Source of the DNA: Eledone cirrhosa
Lineage: Eukaryota
Length of the DNA stretch: 64,000 nucleotides
Direction of reading: 5' to 3'
Assembly (NCBI GenBank): GCA_964016885.1
Contig: OZ024742.1
Coordinates: 29,202,001-29,266,000, forward strand
Shown here: positions 11,030 to 24,334 of the stretch, one piece after another
How the letters are laid out: every line of letters starts with the position of its first letter
Position numbering within the stretch: position 1 is the stretch's first letter
Notes under the pieces: model-generated
Database searches by the model: none
What the model was told of the DNA's origin: nothing
What the model saw: only the letters and a program-made list of their open reading frames with translations
Translations under genes and position numbers: made by a program

Positions 11030-14000
11030 ACAGACACACACACGATAGCAACTAACAGCGCTACGATCGAATGTGGCTTTTTAGCCCAGCCAATGATCTA
11101 AAATGTCTTGCACAGAGTCGGCAACCAAAACATTCACTGGGAATAGTCGGCTGTGGTTGGAGTTCGTGTACTTTTGCATGTCGTTTGAGCCCTCCTGCTG
11201 ACTTACATTCTCTACCACATGTTTGGCAAGCATGATGAGTAGCATCTCCAACAGCAGCCTGGTAGTCAACCACTGGTCTTACTTTATGACTGCGAAGATG
11301 ACTTTCGAGTCCAGCTTTGCTTAGGCAGAGTCTCGCACATACGCTGCATGTCAGCACCATAGGAGGACCCTCGCCGTCTGGAAGTGCAACAGCAATGCCC
11401 TTCCTCACATCCCGCTTTACTTTCTCGTATGCGATTCGAGATGCCTCAAAGGCAACTTTTCCCTCATATACAGTCTTTCTCCATTTATTACGATCAGCTG
11501 CAATATTCTCCCATGTATCAGCAGAGATGTTAGAGTCTTTCAGAGAGGCTTTCAAGGAATCCTTATACCTCTTTTTTGGTTTATGTGGCAGTCGTTTTCC
11601 TTTAACTAACTCTCCATAAAAGAGTTGTTTTGGTATTCTAGAATCCTTCATCCTGGCCAGGTGACCACTCCAACGGAGTCGTTGCTTAAGCACAAGAGCT
11701 TCTATACTGTCACACATAGAACTTTCCAAAATCTTGACATCACTGATGTGGTCCCTCCAGTGAACGCCATGGATCCGTCTGAGACACATCTGATGGAAAC
11801 GCTCCAATTGCTTAAGGTGGTGTCAATATGTGACCCAGGTCTCGCAGGCATAAAGAAGACAAGAGAGCACACATGCCCTGTACACCTTTACCTTTGTCCT
11901 CCTGCATATGTCTCGCCGACCCCAGAGTCGCCTTTCTAGCTTTCCGAAAGCATCACTTGCTTTCCTAATCCTAAGTGAGATTTCACTGTCAAGGTTGCTG
12001 TATCGATTGACAGTGCTTCCCAGGTAGACAAACTGATCAACCACTCCAAGTTGTTTGTCATACACATAGATGTTTGGTTCAGTGTACTGCTTACCAGGGG
12101 CAGGTTGGTACATGACGACGGTTTTCTTGAGACTGACAGTCAGACCTAGGGCAGTGCAAGCGTCAGAAAATGCATTCAAAATGTACTGCATATCACTCTC
12201 TGTGTGCGCTACAAGATCGCAATCATCTGCATACAAGAGTATGATTGATGTAAACACTTTTGTCTTCGCAGCAAAGCGCCTGATGTTAAATATGCTGCCT
12301 GAGGCTCGATATCGGATGTAAACACCATGCTCGCAATTCCTGAATGCAATACAGAAAACCATTGCAAAGTATATGGCAAACAGGGTTGGTGCTGGAATAT
12401 CCTCCTGTTTCACTCCATTTTTTACTGAGATAGGCTCCGACATGTTACCCCCGACATTAACCCAAGCCTTCATGTCGTCATGGAAAGACCTAACTAAAGC
12501 AAGGAACCTATCAGGGCAACCAAGTTTCTGGAGAACCTTCCATAATGCATCTCTGTTAACAGTATCGAAAGCTTTTGTCAGATCGACAAAAACCTGATAC
12601 AGATCCAAGCCTTGTTCTATGCACTTCTCCTGGAGCTGTCTAGCTGAGAATATCATATCAGTAGTGCCGCGTCCAGCACGAAAACCAGATTGACTTTCAG
12701 GAAGAAGACAATCTGCAATGTGTGTCAGCAGACGGTCCAGAAGCACCCTACATAAAACTTTCCCTACGACAGAAAGCAATGATATACCTCTGGAGTTCCC
12801 ACAATCGTTCCTGTTACCCTTTCCTTTGTACAAGACCACCATTACTGCATCCCTCCAGTCCTCAGGTACGGATTCATTAGCCCATATCCTGCCAAACAAA
12901 GAGTGAAGATGTTGCAGGAGTCTCTCACCACCATATTGTAGGAGCTCAGCATGTATGCCATCCATACCTGGAGATCTTCCACTGTTCAGCTTCGAAATAG
13001 CCACTGCAACCTCCACAAGCGTCGGAGGTTCTGCGAGAGCTACTTTCACAAGACTTTCTGGAATGAGATTGAGGAAATCTTCACTGACGACAGACGGCTG
13101 ATTCAAAAGATCATCAAAGTGCTCTCGCCACCTTCGTAGAATTTCCTGTGAGTCACGAAGAAGTTCTTTGCCATCCTTGCTGCGAAGCGGTGTCACCAGA
13201 GAAGAAGACGGCCCATAAACCTCACGCAAGAGACTGTACAACAGCTTTGTGTTATTGGAATCAGACGCAGTTTGTATCTCACCAGCCTTCTCACTCCACC
13301 ACTGATCCTTCATCTGAGAAAGACTCCGCCTAACACGTGATTTTACATCCCTGAGCTCCTCATGCAACGTATTCCTCTCCTGTGGTTTTGCCGTCAAGTA
13401 GCGTGACAGAGCACGCCTCTTATCAGCCAACAAGTCTTCTATATGTACATCATTCTCATCAAACCAGTCCTGATGTTTCCTCTGCGCCAATCCCAGAACA
13501 CGCCTGCCTACATCATAAACCGACTTTTTAAGGGTCGGCCAATCCTCACCAAGATCTGCAGCCTGCATCTCTTCTTCCAATGTCCTCTTCACATTTTTAT
13601 CCTTAAGACGAGCAGCATTCAATCTTTTAGGCAGGGCAACACCAGGAGCCCGGATTTTACGTTTAGTGTTTAGTTTCACTTTTGCGCGTACCAGCACTCA
13701 GCTCCACGAAGAACACGAACACACTGCACATCCTGTCTGTCACGCATCCTGACTAGGACGTAGTCCAAAAGATGCCATTCCTTAGATGCAGGATGCATCC
13801 ATGTGGTCTTGAATTTGTTCTTTTGTTGGAACATGGTGTTGATAACACACAGATCCAGTTCCTCACACATCTGCAGCAGGAGCATACCATTGCTGTTACA
13901 CTTTCCCACCCCATGCCTTCCGATTACATTCCATGTGTTAAAATCTCTACCCACTCTAGCATTAAAGTCACCAAGGACGATGACTTTGTCTGCCTGAGGG

Positions 14001-14495
14001 ATATTTCTTAAAACACCTTTCAAGCCATGGTAAAAGGACATCTTTTCCTCATCGACAGAACTCATAGTTGGAGCATACACACTCACCAGGGTAGCATATC
14101 TTCCCTTGTCCAGCGGAACTCTCATGGACATAAGACGCTCACTAATCCCTACTGGGAATTCTTCTAATTTGTTCACAAGCACAGTCTTAACAGCAAATCC
14201 TACCCCAGCCTCTCTTCTGATTCCTTCATCTCTTCCTTTCCAGAAGAATGTATATTCTCCACAAAATTCCGTAAGATGACCATCTCCAGCTAGCCTCGTC
14301 TCAGATAAAGCCACGATGTCAAGATCGTAACGTCGAAGCTCCTTTGCAACAAGAGCGGTCCTTCGTACAGGACGCCCCAAGGAATCCCTGTCAAGCAGCG
14401 TCCGTACGTTCCAGCAGCCAAGACTAAATGCCTTGTTTGGCTCTATTACAATGGCACGATGACGAGCAGGCCCAGGCTGTGATAACCTGGGGCCC
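11030..14495 (-). mobile_element. RTE-clade LINE (single APE-RT ORF, frameshifted) with three C-terminal C2H2 fingers
   Basis: WNVRTL, ALSETR, GVGF, YAPT, GDFNAR, WMHP..K.WHLLDY, RGISLLS, PESQSGFR, KAFDTVNR, LLYADD, RLRWSGH, RIPKQLFYGEL; pieces 13676-~14490, 11823-13697, 11061-11807. Confidence 0.93.
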
Positions 14496-14897
14496 CTGCC
14501 CTTATTGCCAATGATCTTTTTTGTTCCAGAACCTAAATTGCCAATTATCTCTTTTATATTGTTCTGGAACATCATTGAATTTGAAAAAAAAAAAAAAAAA
14601 AAAAAAAAAGTAATAATAATAGTAATAATAATAATAATAATAATAATGATTTCTTTATTAACCACAAGGGTTTACATAAAGTTGACATTAAGGACAGTGC
14701 AGGACAATACAGGACGGTACAAATGGGCATTTCTGCGTGTAAAAAACAAAAACAGAGGGTGTAACAAAAAATAACAATGAAAAATTCCCCAATAGGGGGG
14801 AGACTTCGGAGGGACATTTGTGGAGAAAGCCCAGTAAAAGGCCACAATGACCCTGACCACCAAGGCAAGTGCCCTCTCACAGTTTTCCACCTTTAAT

Positions 14898-17800
14898 TTA
14901 CAGATATATACTCAGAGTAGGCCCATTTACTCGGGCCATTCTTGCTTCTCTCACCCATCTTTCAACAAAATGCTGGGAAGAGAGCACTTCCCTCTCTACT
15001 CTGATTTTCCTTTTCAAATGAAATTTGAAAAAGTCAATCAGAGCATCACCGAAGAGGTAAGTGCTCGTCTTCAGCCCTTTCAAACGTGTCCACCATACTA
15101 TCTCTTTCGCCATGGCCACCAGACAGATAAAAACTGCCTGCCCTTCCCGGCTAAAGGAGGAGGGCGGGGCAATCCTCACGATGGACTCAGATGATAGCCG
15201 GATCCGTCCTAAACGCGACAGCAGGTGTTCGACATAAACCCACAAGTCAGCAATTTTCGGACACTGGACGAGTGCGTGCAGGACGGTTTCGTCGCCCTGT
15301 GCGCATCTCGGACATGCCCGGCTGACGGTACCTCCATGCCTGTAGAGTTTATCCCGAACTGGCAAGGCTCCTCGGTAGCACTGCCAGGCCAGAGATTTCT
15401 GGAAGTTGTCCATAAGCACTGGCCCGAAAGTTCTTCCGCAGAGATTGGCTAGTTGATTTTCGTCGACGCCTAGAGTTTCTCCAAGTACGTCGTCGCTCTT
15501 CCCCTCCACTAATCCTCTATAGAACGCCGAGGTGGAGTTTCACCGATCACATTGCCCGATTGATCGAGGGCTGTGAGCGCCTGAAGACATTCCAGTCTCC
15601 AGGCGCTCCCTCTCGGTCTTCGCTTGACCCAGGACTGCAGCTCCGTCAAGGAAACGAGCTGGGGAAATACGTGTCTAGCAAACGGCGACCACACCTGATC
15701 ACCGTCGAGGAAGAGGTGGAGATGTCGTAGCCTGAGCGCATGCCTGCGCATCATCAGCCACGGCATGCCCAGCCCTCCACGTAGCGGGTGTTGACAACAG
15801 ATGGACCGCCTGACCATCGGAGCGCGTCCCTTCCACAAAAAGCGAAAGAGCAAACGCTCCAGCGCAGTCAGGCGAGGCTTAGGACAAGGTACGGCGGTCA
15901 GGCGGTAGCAGATGACAGATGCGATGTACGCGTTAGCCACCTCCGCTCGACCTATCGGGGATAGCTTCCTCTCGGCCCATTTCTGGGTGAGAGAAGCCAC
16001 CCTGCTCGTCACCTCGTCCCAGTTTTTGTCCGTCTGGAGGTCCGGACCGAACCAGACCCCTAGCAATTTAACCGGTCCGTCCGTCCAGCGTCCGACTTTT
16101 CCTGGTTGATCATTGCTCCTGTCACCGCTTCGTATTCTCTTAGTGTAGTGCCGATCGCCTCTATGTGTTTGGCGTTCGACACCACTACGGTGACATCGTC
16201 CGCATATGCTGACACGGATCTTCCGCATCCTAGTTCGCGCGGGACGCCCCTCAACGTCTCCAGTTTGTGCAGTAATGGATCGAGAGTCAATACGTACAAG
16301 AGAGACGAGAGGGGACATCCTTGGCGGACCGAGCGCATGATGTTGAACGGTTCCGACAGGTGACCGTTCACTCTCACCACAGAGCAGATGTCGCTGTGCA
16401 TGGCAGCGATCCAGCCTCTGAAGATGGGCCCAAAGCTAGCCGCCCTCAGGACTGCCGCTAGGTAACGATGGTCGACCCTATCGAAAGCTTTCGACTGATC
16501 TAAATTGATCAAGGACCCACCCGTGCCAGATTCCCTAGCTACCCTCTCTACGATGTATCGCATGAGGTGGAGGTTGTCGTGGATGGATCTGTCGGGAATG
16601 GCGCATGTCTGCGCCTCTCCCACCAGACCACCAACGACAAGCGCCAACCTCTTTGCTAGCACCTTGGCCAAAATCTTGAACTCTGTGTTTAGCAGAGTTA
16701 TGGGCCGGAAATTATCTATGTTATCCCCCTTGTTCGGATCCTTTCTCAGCAGTGCCACCGCTCCTCGGCTCACAGAACTGGGAATTCTCCCGTTCTGTTG
16801 CCAGTTGCAGTAGACGTCCGCCAAGAGGCCTCCGAACAAGTCTGGCATCTGTACGTAAAGTTCATAGGGCAGACCATCCAAACCAGGCGATTTACCCCTT
16901 GTGCAGCCAGTCATTGCCTCCCTTACTTCAGCGGCTGTTATCGGCTTTTCGCAACACTTCGACTCAGTGGCCGAGAGCCGCGGCAGTCCGTCGAGGTAGA
17001 CACTAAAGTCCATCCCTCGACCCGGCCCACCGCTGCCCCCGAATAGCTGAGCGAAGTGTCGCTGAAAAGCTTCACACATTTGCCCGGGATCGAGTAGCAT
17101 GCGCCCGTCGTGGTCCACCAAAGACCGGATCGTGGCTTTGTTGCCACGACGCGCCTCCGCCACTCGGGCCCATTGAACGGCTTTCGTCCCCTCGTCTCTG
17201 AGAGCACGCACCCTTGCTCTGACAACGCAGCCTTCGTGCTTTGCATTGAAGAATTGGTCAAGGGCCAATTTCGCCGCAAGCACGTCGGTCGCAATGCATT
17301 TGCTAAGCGCCTCGTTTAATTTTCTAACTAGTTCTCCCTCTGCTCTATTTTTCTCTATTGCTACAGCCTTACTAAACCTAATGGATTCTATTCTAATCGC
17401 TCTTTTCAGAGCAAACCACCACTTGTTGTTGACGATGGCCCCCGTCAACGCCCGCTTAACTAGTTCGCTAATCCGGTCTCTGTAGGCCTTGCGCGCTGGT
17501 AAGGACGCGTTTAGCTTCCAGTAGCCGGGTCCTCGTCTATGAAGCCTATCTAAGTCAAGCACACAGATCACGAATTTGTGGTCCGTGTAGCTGACTATCT
17601 TGAATTGTTGACAGCCTATGCTAGACCTATCTATTTCCCTACAAAATACTCTATCTAGATATGATCTGGATGACCCTATACGATTTGTCCAAGTCCACAT
17701 TGGCACATTCGGGAAAACCAATCGGTACCTGTCAGACAGTTCAAAACGCCTGAGCAGGTTGGTGAGGCTCTTGCACCCTCCACCCCTATCCGCTAATCCC

Positions 17801-18258
17801 ACACAGTCCCAGCGTGCATCTAAGATCCCGTTCCCGTCGCCCACTAACACTAAAGAGCGGGACGTTCCAAGAAAGGTCTCCAGACGCCGGAAGAAATCAG
17901 GCCGCCCTGCACCTGTCGGGGCATAGACGGCCACTAGCCTGAAAGCTTGCCCGTCTCCGCTGGTCACGTCCAGCACCACCAGCTTACCCTCTGGGTCCAG
18001 GAAGATGGCCCGTATGGCGAGATCCAAACCCCTCCGAAAAAGCACAGCAACTCCTCCCCCCGATCCAGGACGGCTGGGAGATGCGTACACATCGTAGCCG
18101 CCGAAGATCGGTGCGAAGGCCCGTGCTTCGGAGATTCTGGTCTCGCTGATGGCCACTACATCTATGTTTAGTGACCTGAGGTCGTTGAGCAGGTGACCCT
18201 GCTTCCATGACGACCCCAAGCCACGCGCATTTATGCTGCCTATTCTGAGTGAGGTCAT
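14898..18258 (-). pseudogene. Element B ORF2 (APE-RT-CCHC), two frameshifts
   Basis: Pieces 16060-18258, 15509-~16100, 14898-15509; SINARGL, YWKLN, AYADD, CPRC..ETVLH..C. Confidence 0.92.
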
Positions 18259-18293
18259 GTTTAAAATAGAGTGGAAAAGATGGGAAAGACCAC

Positions 18294-20434
18294 TTACCGT
18301 ACTTTTCGTAGAGGAGGGATGGTTTTTACATCCCTTTTCACTTGATCGTCTGGTGAAGGGACCGTTGAATCGTCCCTTCGGCTGGTCGTCGGCTCTTCTA
18401 TGAGAATGTCTGAATATACTCTTCGGTTGAGTGTCCCTCCTAGGTCCCTGAAATCACCAACTGCGTTGGGGAATTTCGTTTTAATGTTTGTGTATTGTTT
18501 CTGTGCTATTTTTGCAGTCTTATGTTAGTTGGCGTTTTGATTGGTGCTGGTATTATGTAGTCGTGTTGTGAAATGTCTGTGTGTTCAATTATGTAAGTCA
18601 TCAGTTTCTTGTTGTGTGTATTTATTGCCGTGCATTTGTTTTTCTGGGGGTGGGGTGTGGTTCTGCTATTTTCTTGTCGTTGTTGCTGGGTGTGTGTGTT
18701 TTGTTGTTGTGTTTGCGATGTTGGTGCTTGTGGTGGTGGTGTTGAAGGTGTTGTTGGCGGTGTGGTTGTCGCTGGTGGTGATGGTGGTGCTAGTGTGGGT
18801 CGTGATGGTGTTGGTGGTGTTGCTGCTGTGGGTCTCTTTGCAGTAGACTTTACCCTTTTCTCATTTCTTTCCTCCCTTTTCAAAGGCGACGATGCGCTGC
18901 TTCTGCGTTTGTGCCTTCTTACGACCTTTTGCCACCCCTCTCCCACCTCACACTCCATGTCTGATTCTGTGAGGTCGGGGAGGGGTACCAGCTCCACTCT
19001 TTCACTTGTTGTTGTTGGTGATGTTTGCACTGGAGTCTCTGTTGCAGCTGCATTTGGTATTGCTGTTGTTGTTGTTAATATTTCCACTGCTGCTGCTGCT
19101 TTTGATATCCGTGGCGTGGGTATGGGTGCCACGGACCTATCGTTCCTGGTTGCCGCTTGTCCTGTTGCTGGTAGCAGTGGAGCCGGTTTCGGAAGGAGGG
19201 GGGTTTTCTCCTTTCTCGGGGTCTTCTCGTTGCAGAAGGCCCTGAGGTGAGTCTTCGATCCACAGCGAAAGCATTTCGGGCGTTTGCCCTCAACACTTAT
19301 GGGCAGTTGAGTGCCGTTATCGAAGTCTATCACATCCGGGATAGCTTCGATGCACTCCTGGTTGTTTTGGATTAGCATCTAAATGGAGGTGCCGACCCAA
19401 TCTTCTCTTACTTTTTTCTGTACTTGCAGTACAGTTGTTTTGTCCTCGATTCCTACGAGGACAGACGCGGCTAGCCAAGAAGGGGCCATCTCGGGGGGGA
19501 CGTGGGTCAGTTTGACCCTCACAATTTTTTGCCCGCAGTAGGAGAGCACCAACACCATTTCCTCGCTCCTTAGGGTCACTACGGATTGAGCCTTTGCCTC
19601 CTGGGGTGTAGCAAAAAGTACGTCAACGGTGGCATACTTTTTGCCTCGGGTGATGTGCGTTTTCCGCTGCCACACAGACCCCAAGGCTTTTTGTATTTGA
19701 GCCTCTGTGGCTCTTTCAACCCTACGGGATTTTGTACTTACTGTACGGTACGTGACCGTACAGTGCTGTTGGGTTTCGAAAAATGTTCCCGCTACCTTGC
19801 AGATTGCTCGGTGTCCAGTCTTTGTCACCATCTTCTTCGCTTCCTCTAATTCCTCATTTGTTATGAGGATTGTTTCCAGTTTCTTCGCAATACCTGCAAA
19901 TGAGATTGGTTTTTCTTTGCTGCTGTTGTTGTTGTTGTCGTCAGAGCTGCTGTTACTTTTGTTGTTGCTGCAGGTACTACGACTACTGCCTCCGCCGCTG
20001 TTGCTGTGGTTGTTGTTGGTGTTGCTGCTGCTAATGCTGTTGTTGTTTATGCTGCTGGTGATGCTGTTGCGGCTGCTACTGTTGTTTTCATTGTCACTGT
20101 TGCTGTTGTTATTACGGCTGCTACTGCTATTATTCCTGACGTCAGACGAATGAAATGGGTTTTCGTATTTCCCGCACACCTGTTTCGTCGTTGTCGTCGT
20201 CGTCGTGGAGAAATCTTGCACGCTTTGCACGAGACTTTTCTTTTTTTCTGTCGTCGCTTGCGAAAGAGAAGGGAGGGAGAGAGACACATTTAAAGAAGGG
20301 AGGGAGAGAGACAATCTTCTCTCTGCTGTAGTGATGATTGAGGAAGAAGAAGACGGAATGAGTGGGAGTGACCTATGAAAATTCTTTTTCGTAGCCATGT
20401 TGTTTTTTTTGTTTAAAATAAATATTGGGCACAA
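18294..20434 (-). pseudogene. Element B ORF1 with zinc knuckle; interrupted near 19379 and frameshifted near 18510
   Basis: CFRCGSKTHLRAFC; N/S-rich N-terminus; a shifted frame continues ...KTKFPNAVG...KVR* to a TAA at 18294. Confidence 0.8.
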
Positions 20435-20885
20435 AACCCCAATAAGCAGTTATTTAACCCCGAAGGGCCAAATAACGGGCAGAAAGACCCCTCTCACGAG
20501 GAGGAGGGTGTTTTTGTCTACAAGTTCGTTAAAGTTTTAAACAATTTACAATTGTTATAACGTTCAAAATTTACAATACCTTACAGAGCCGAGCCTCCGT
20601 CAACCATAGCATTCAATAATAATAATAATAATGATTTCATTTATTGGCCACAAGGGCCGACATATAGGGGACAACACAATAGACAGGGACAGTGGGGGTT
20701 TACATAGAGATCGAGTAAGTATAAATAACAAAAAAACAAAATAACAATAAAAATACAACAATGAAAGTTCCCCAATAAGAGGGATCACCACCCAGGGTTG
20801 ACTCAAGCACCCCACCAGTCCTGAGCCACCCGACGCTCCTAGGGCACCCGGGAAGGGCACCCCTCTCCTTCTCGAATTCACCAGC

Positions 20886-23800
20886 CTACAGGCGCATGAT
20901 CAGAGTAGGCCCACTCACGCGGGCCATTCTCGCCACATTCACCCACCTTTCAGTAAATGTACTGGGGGGCAGCACTTCTCTCTCCACCCTCACCTTCCTT
21001 TCCAAGTGAAACTTGAAGAAGTTGATGAGGGATTGGCCGAAGAGAAAAGTGTCTGTCTTCAGTCCTTTCAACCTGGTCCACCATGCAACCTCTTTCGCTA
21101 CTGCCACTAGGCAGAGGAAAATTGCCTGCCCTTCCTGACCAAAAGAAGGCGGCGGGTCAATCTTCACTATGGACTCGGACGATAGCCGGATCCGTTCTAC
21201 ACGCGACAATAGCTGTTCGACATAACCCCACAAGTCAGCAATGCACGGACACTGGACGAGTGCGTGCAGAACGGTTTCGTCGCTCTGCGCGCATCTCGGG
21301 CAGGTTCGTCTGACAGCACTTCCGTGCCTGTAGAGTTTATCCCGAACCGGCAGCGCCCCCCGGTAGCACTGCCAAGCGAGGGATTTCTGGAAGTTATCCA
21401 TCGTCCCCGGCTCGAAAGTCCTCCGGAACATACTGGTCAGTTCTACTTCGTTGACGCCCAGAGCCTCTCCTAGTACGTCATCGCACTTGCCCTCCACTAA
21501 TCCTCTATAGAAATCTTGAGTGGAAGTTCCACTGACCGCATTGCCCACCTTGCAGAGTGCAGTGAGCGCCTGGCAACATTCCAGATGCCAGTCGCCCAGT
21601 CTCGGTCTCTTCTTGACCCAGGACTGCAGCTCAGTCAAAGAGATGAGCTGCGGAAAGGCCCGTCTAACAAACGGCGACCACACCTGTTCACCGTTTAGGC
21701 AAAATATCTGGAGATGTCGCAGCCTCAGCGCATGTCTGCGCATCATTAGCCACGGCATGCCCAGCCCTCCACGAAGAGGGTGCTGGCAGCAGATGGACCG
21801 CCTCACCAACGGGACCCGTCCCCTCCACAAAAATTTGAAAAGGAGCCGTTCCAAATTGGCGAGGCGTGGACGGGGGCAAGGCACGACGGTCAGGCGGTAG
21901 TAGATGACGGACGCGATGTACGCGTTCGCCACCTCCGCCCGCCCTTTCAGTGATAGCTTTCTCTCAGCCCATTTCTGGGTGAGGTTGGCTATCCTGCTCG
22001 TCACCTCGTCCCAATTCTTATCCACCTGGAGGTCTGGTCCGAACCAAACCCCGAGCAACTTTACCGGTCCGTCTGTCCAGCGCCCAACGACGCTGTTGGA
22101 CGGCATGGACTTGCCTCTCCAGGTGCCGAGCTGCAAGCCCACCGACTTTTCCGGGTTAAGTTTTGCTCCCGTCAACCTTTCATATTCCTCCAAATGGGTG
22201 CGGATCACCTCGATTTCCGAGGTGTCCGACACCATCACGGTGATGTCGTCCGCATAAGCGGACGCAGCCTTTCTACGTCCCGGTTCGAGCGGGATGCCCT
22301 GCAACAACTCCAGCTTCCGCAGTAGAGGCTCAAGAGTCAATACGTACAGAAGTGAGGAGAGAGGGCACCCTTGACGGACCGATCGAGAGATCTGAAACGG
22401 TTCCGAGAGGTGGCCATTAACTTTGACCACCGAGCGGATGCCGCTGTACATTGCAGCGATCCAGCTTCTGAAGACGGGGCCGAAGCCAGCCGCCTCGAGG
22501 ACAGCCTCCAAGTACCGATGGTCGACCCTATCGAATGCTTTCGATTGATCTAAATTGATCAGAGCCCCACCGAAGCCAGGTTTGCACCCAACCCTCTCTA
22601 TGATGTATCGCATGAGGTGGAGGTTGTCGTGTATGGACCTGGTCGGGATTGCGCAAGTTTGCGCCTCCCCAACCAAATCTTTGACGACAAGCGCCAACCT
22701 TTTCGCTAACACCTTGGCCAAAATCTTAAACTCTGTGTTGAGCAGGGTTATGGGCCTGAAATTATCTAGTGTGTCCCTCTTGTTCTCGTCTTTCCTTATC
22801 AGCGTCACTACGCCACGGCTCACAGAACTGGGAATGCTCCCGTTCTGCTGCCAGTTGCAGTAGAGCGCTTCGAGGAGATCGGAGAACAAGTCTGGCATAT
22901 TTACGTAAAGCTCGTAGGGCAGACCATCCAAACCGGGTGACTTGCGACTCGAGCAGCCGACAAGGGCGTCCTGAATTTCGGCTGATGTTATCGGCTCTTC
23001 GCAGCGCTCAGCGTCGGCCGTCGAGAGGCGTGGCAAGCCGTCGAGGTAGGGACTGAAGTCCGCCGCCGTCTCCGACTCACCCATCCTCCCGAACAATCGA
23101 GCAAAGTGCTGGCGAAAGGCCTCACACATCTGCTTGGAATCGCTCAGTTCGTGTCCATCTCGATCCGTCAAAGACCGAATTGTGGTTTTATTTCCACGCT
23201 GCGTCTCTGCAAAGCGAGCCCATCGGGCAGCTTTGGTTCCCTCGTTCCTCAGAGCACGCGCCTTAGCTCTGACAATGCAACCTTCGTGTTTCGCATTGAA
23301 GAAATGGTCTAGTGCCATTCTCGCCGCTAGCACGTCTGTTGCAATGCCACTACAAATAGCCTCGTCTAACTTAGCTATCAGCCCCTCCTCCTTTCTATTT
23401 TTCTCTATTGCTACTTCTTTGCTAAATCCTATCGAGGTTGCTCTAATCTCTCTTTTGAGTGCCCCCCACCACCTGTTGTTGACAACCCCCCCTGTCAACT
23501 TTTTCTTAACTAAGTTGTTGACCCGGTCCCTGTAAGCTTTACGTGCCGGAAACGACATGTTTAGCTTCCAGTAGCTAGGTCCTAACCTACGTGTCTTATC
23601 TAGGTCGACCATACAGATCACAAGCTTGTGATCTGAATAGGCAACCGTTTTAAAATGTGGACATCCTACACTATTTCTATCTCTTTTCCTAATGAAAATC
23701 CTATCTATGTACGATCTAGATGACCCTATGCGATTGGTCCAGGTCCATACTGGCGCATTAGGGAAATCTAGTCGGTACCTGTCAGACAGTTGAAACTGGC

Positions 23801-24305
23801 TGATCAGGTACTTGAGGCTTTTGCACCCCCCGCTCCTATCAGATACTCCCACACAATCCCAGCGTGCTTCTAAGATGCCATTCCAATCCCCTATTAACAG
23901 TAAAGGGCGAGACGTAAGCAGAAAGTTTTCCAGGCGCCTAAAGAAGTCCGGCCGACCGGCCCCAGTAGGGGCGTAGACGGCCACCAGTCTAAAGGCACCA
24001 CCTTCGCTATTGCTCACGTCCAGGACCACCAACTTTCCGTCAGGATCCCGGAAGATTGACCTTACCTCGAGATCCAGACATTTCCTAAACAGCACAGCCA
24101 CTCCACCTCCCATTCCCGGCCGACTAACAGATGCAAAGATCTGATAATCGTCGAAAATCGGCGCCAGTGCGCGTGTGTCGGAAATTCTGGTCTCGCTGAT
24201 GGCAATTACATCCATTCCTAGTGACCTGAGGTCGTTGAGCAAGTGACCTTGCTTCCAGGGCGACCCCAGGCCACGAACATTTAAACTTCCTACTCTTATG
24301 GCCAT
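20886..24305 (-). CDS. Tx1-like ORF2p (APE endonuclease, reverse transcriptase, C-terminal CCHC), 1139 aa
   Basis: SLNVRG, SET, GDWN, YIDRIF, SDH, YWKLN, FRPITLLN, KAFD, RQGCPLS, YADD, GGLG.P, CPRC..ETVLH...C. Confidence 0.97.
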   Translation of the reverse strand: MAIRVGSLNVRGLGSPWKQGHLLNDLRSLGMDVIAISETRISDTRALAPIFDDYQIFASVSRPGMGGGVAVLFRKCLDLEVRSIFRDPDGKLVVLDVSNSEGGAFRLVAVYAPTGAGRPDFFRRLENFLLTSRPLLLIGDWNGILEARWDCVGVSDRSGGCKSLKYLISQFQLSDRYRLDFPNAPVWTWTNRIGSSRSYIDRIFIRKRDRNSVGCPHFKTVAYSDHKLVICMVDLDKTRRLGPSYWKLNMSFPARKAYRDRVNNLVKKKLTGGVVNNRWWGALKREIRATSIGFSKEVAIEKNRKEEGLIAKLDEAICSGIATDVLAARMALDHFFNAKHEGCIVRAKARALRNEGTKAARWARFAETQRGNKTTIRSLTDRDGHELSDSKQMCEAFRQHFARLFGRMGESETAADFSPYLDGLPRLSTADAERCEEPITSAEIQDALVGCSSRKSPGLDGLPYELYVNMPDLFSDLLEALYCNWQQNGSIPSSVSRGVVTLIRKDENKRDTLDNFRPITLLNTEFKILAKVLAKRLALVVKDLVGEAQTCAIPTRSIHDNLHLMRYIIERVGCKPGFGGALINLDQSKAFDRVDHRYLEAVLEAAGFGPVFRSWIAAMYSGIRSVVKVNGHLSEPFQISRSVRQGCPLSSLLYVLTLEPLLRKLELLQGIPLEPGRRKAASAYADDITVMVSDTSEIEVIRTHLEEYERLTGAKLNPEKSVGLQLGTWRGKSMPSNSVVGRWTDGPVKLLGVWFGPDLQVDKNWDEVTSRIANLTQKWAERKLSLKGRAEVANAYIASVIYYRLTVVPCPRPRLANLERLLFKFLWRGRVPLVRRSICCQHPLRGGLGMPWLMMRRHALRLRHLQIFCLNGEQVWSPFVRRAFPQLISLTELQSWVKKRPRLGDWHLECCQALTALCKVGNAVSGTSTQDFYRGLVEGKCDDVLGEALGVNEVELTSMFRRTFEPGTMDNFQKSLAWQCYRGALPVRDKLYRHGSAVRRTCPRCAQSDETVLHALVQCPCIADLWGYVEQLLSRVERIRLSSESIVKIDPPPSFGQEGQAIFLCLVAVAKEVAWWTRLKGLKTDTFLFGQSLINFFKFHLERKVRVEREVLPPSTFTERWVNVARMARVSGPTLIMRL

Positions 24306-24334
24306 GCTGGCAGGATGAATGGGAGAGGAAAGGT

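Larger units (their letters stand above)
14610..20614 (-). mobile_element. Tx1/L1-clade element B (divergent subfamily, apparently full length, degraded)
   Basis: (ATT)n tail after CCTTGTGGTTAATAAAGAAATC; ORF1 and ORF2 homologous to C/D; 5' end abuts the tail of element C. Confidence 0.93.

Noticed and set aside
14505-14609. Hairpin (TGTTCCAGAAC/GTTCTGGAACA) plus poly(A) between the RTE and element B
   Set aside because: Single short occurrence; cannot be assigned to an element or function
13676-14665. ORF start at 14665 for the RTE
   Set aside because: The N-terminal ~55 codons derive from the (ATT)n tail of element B, poly-T and spacer DNA
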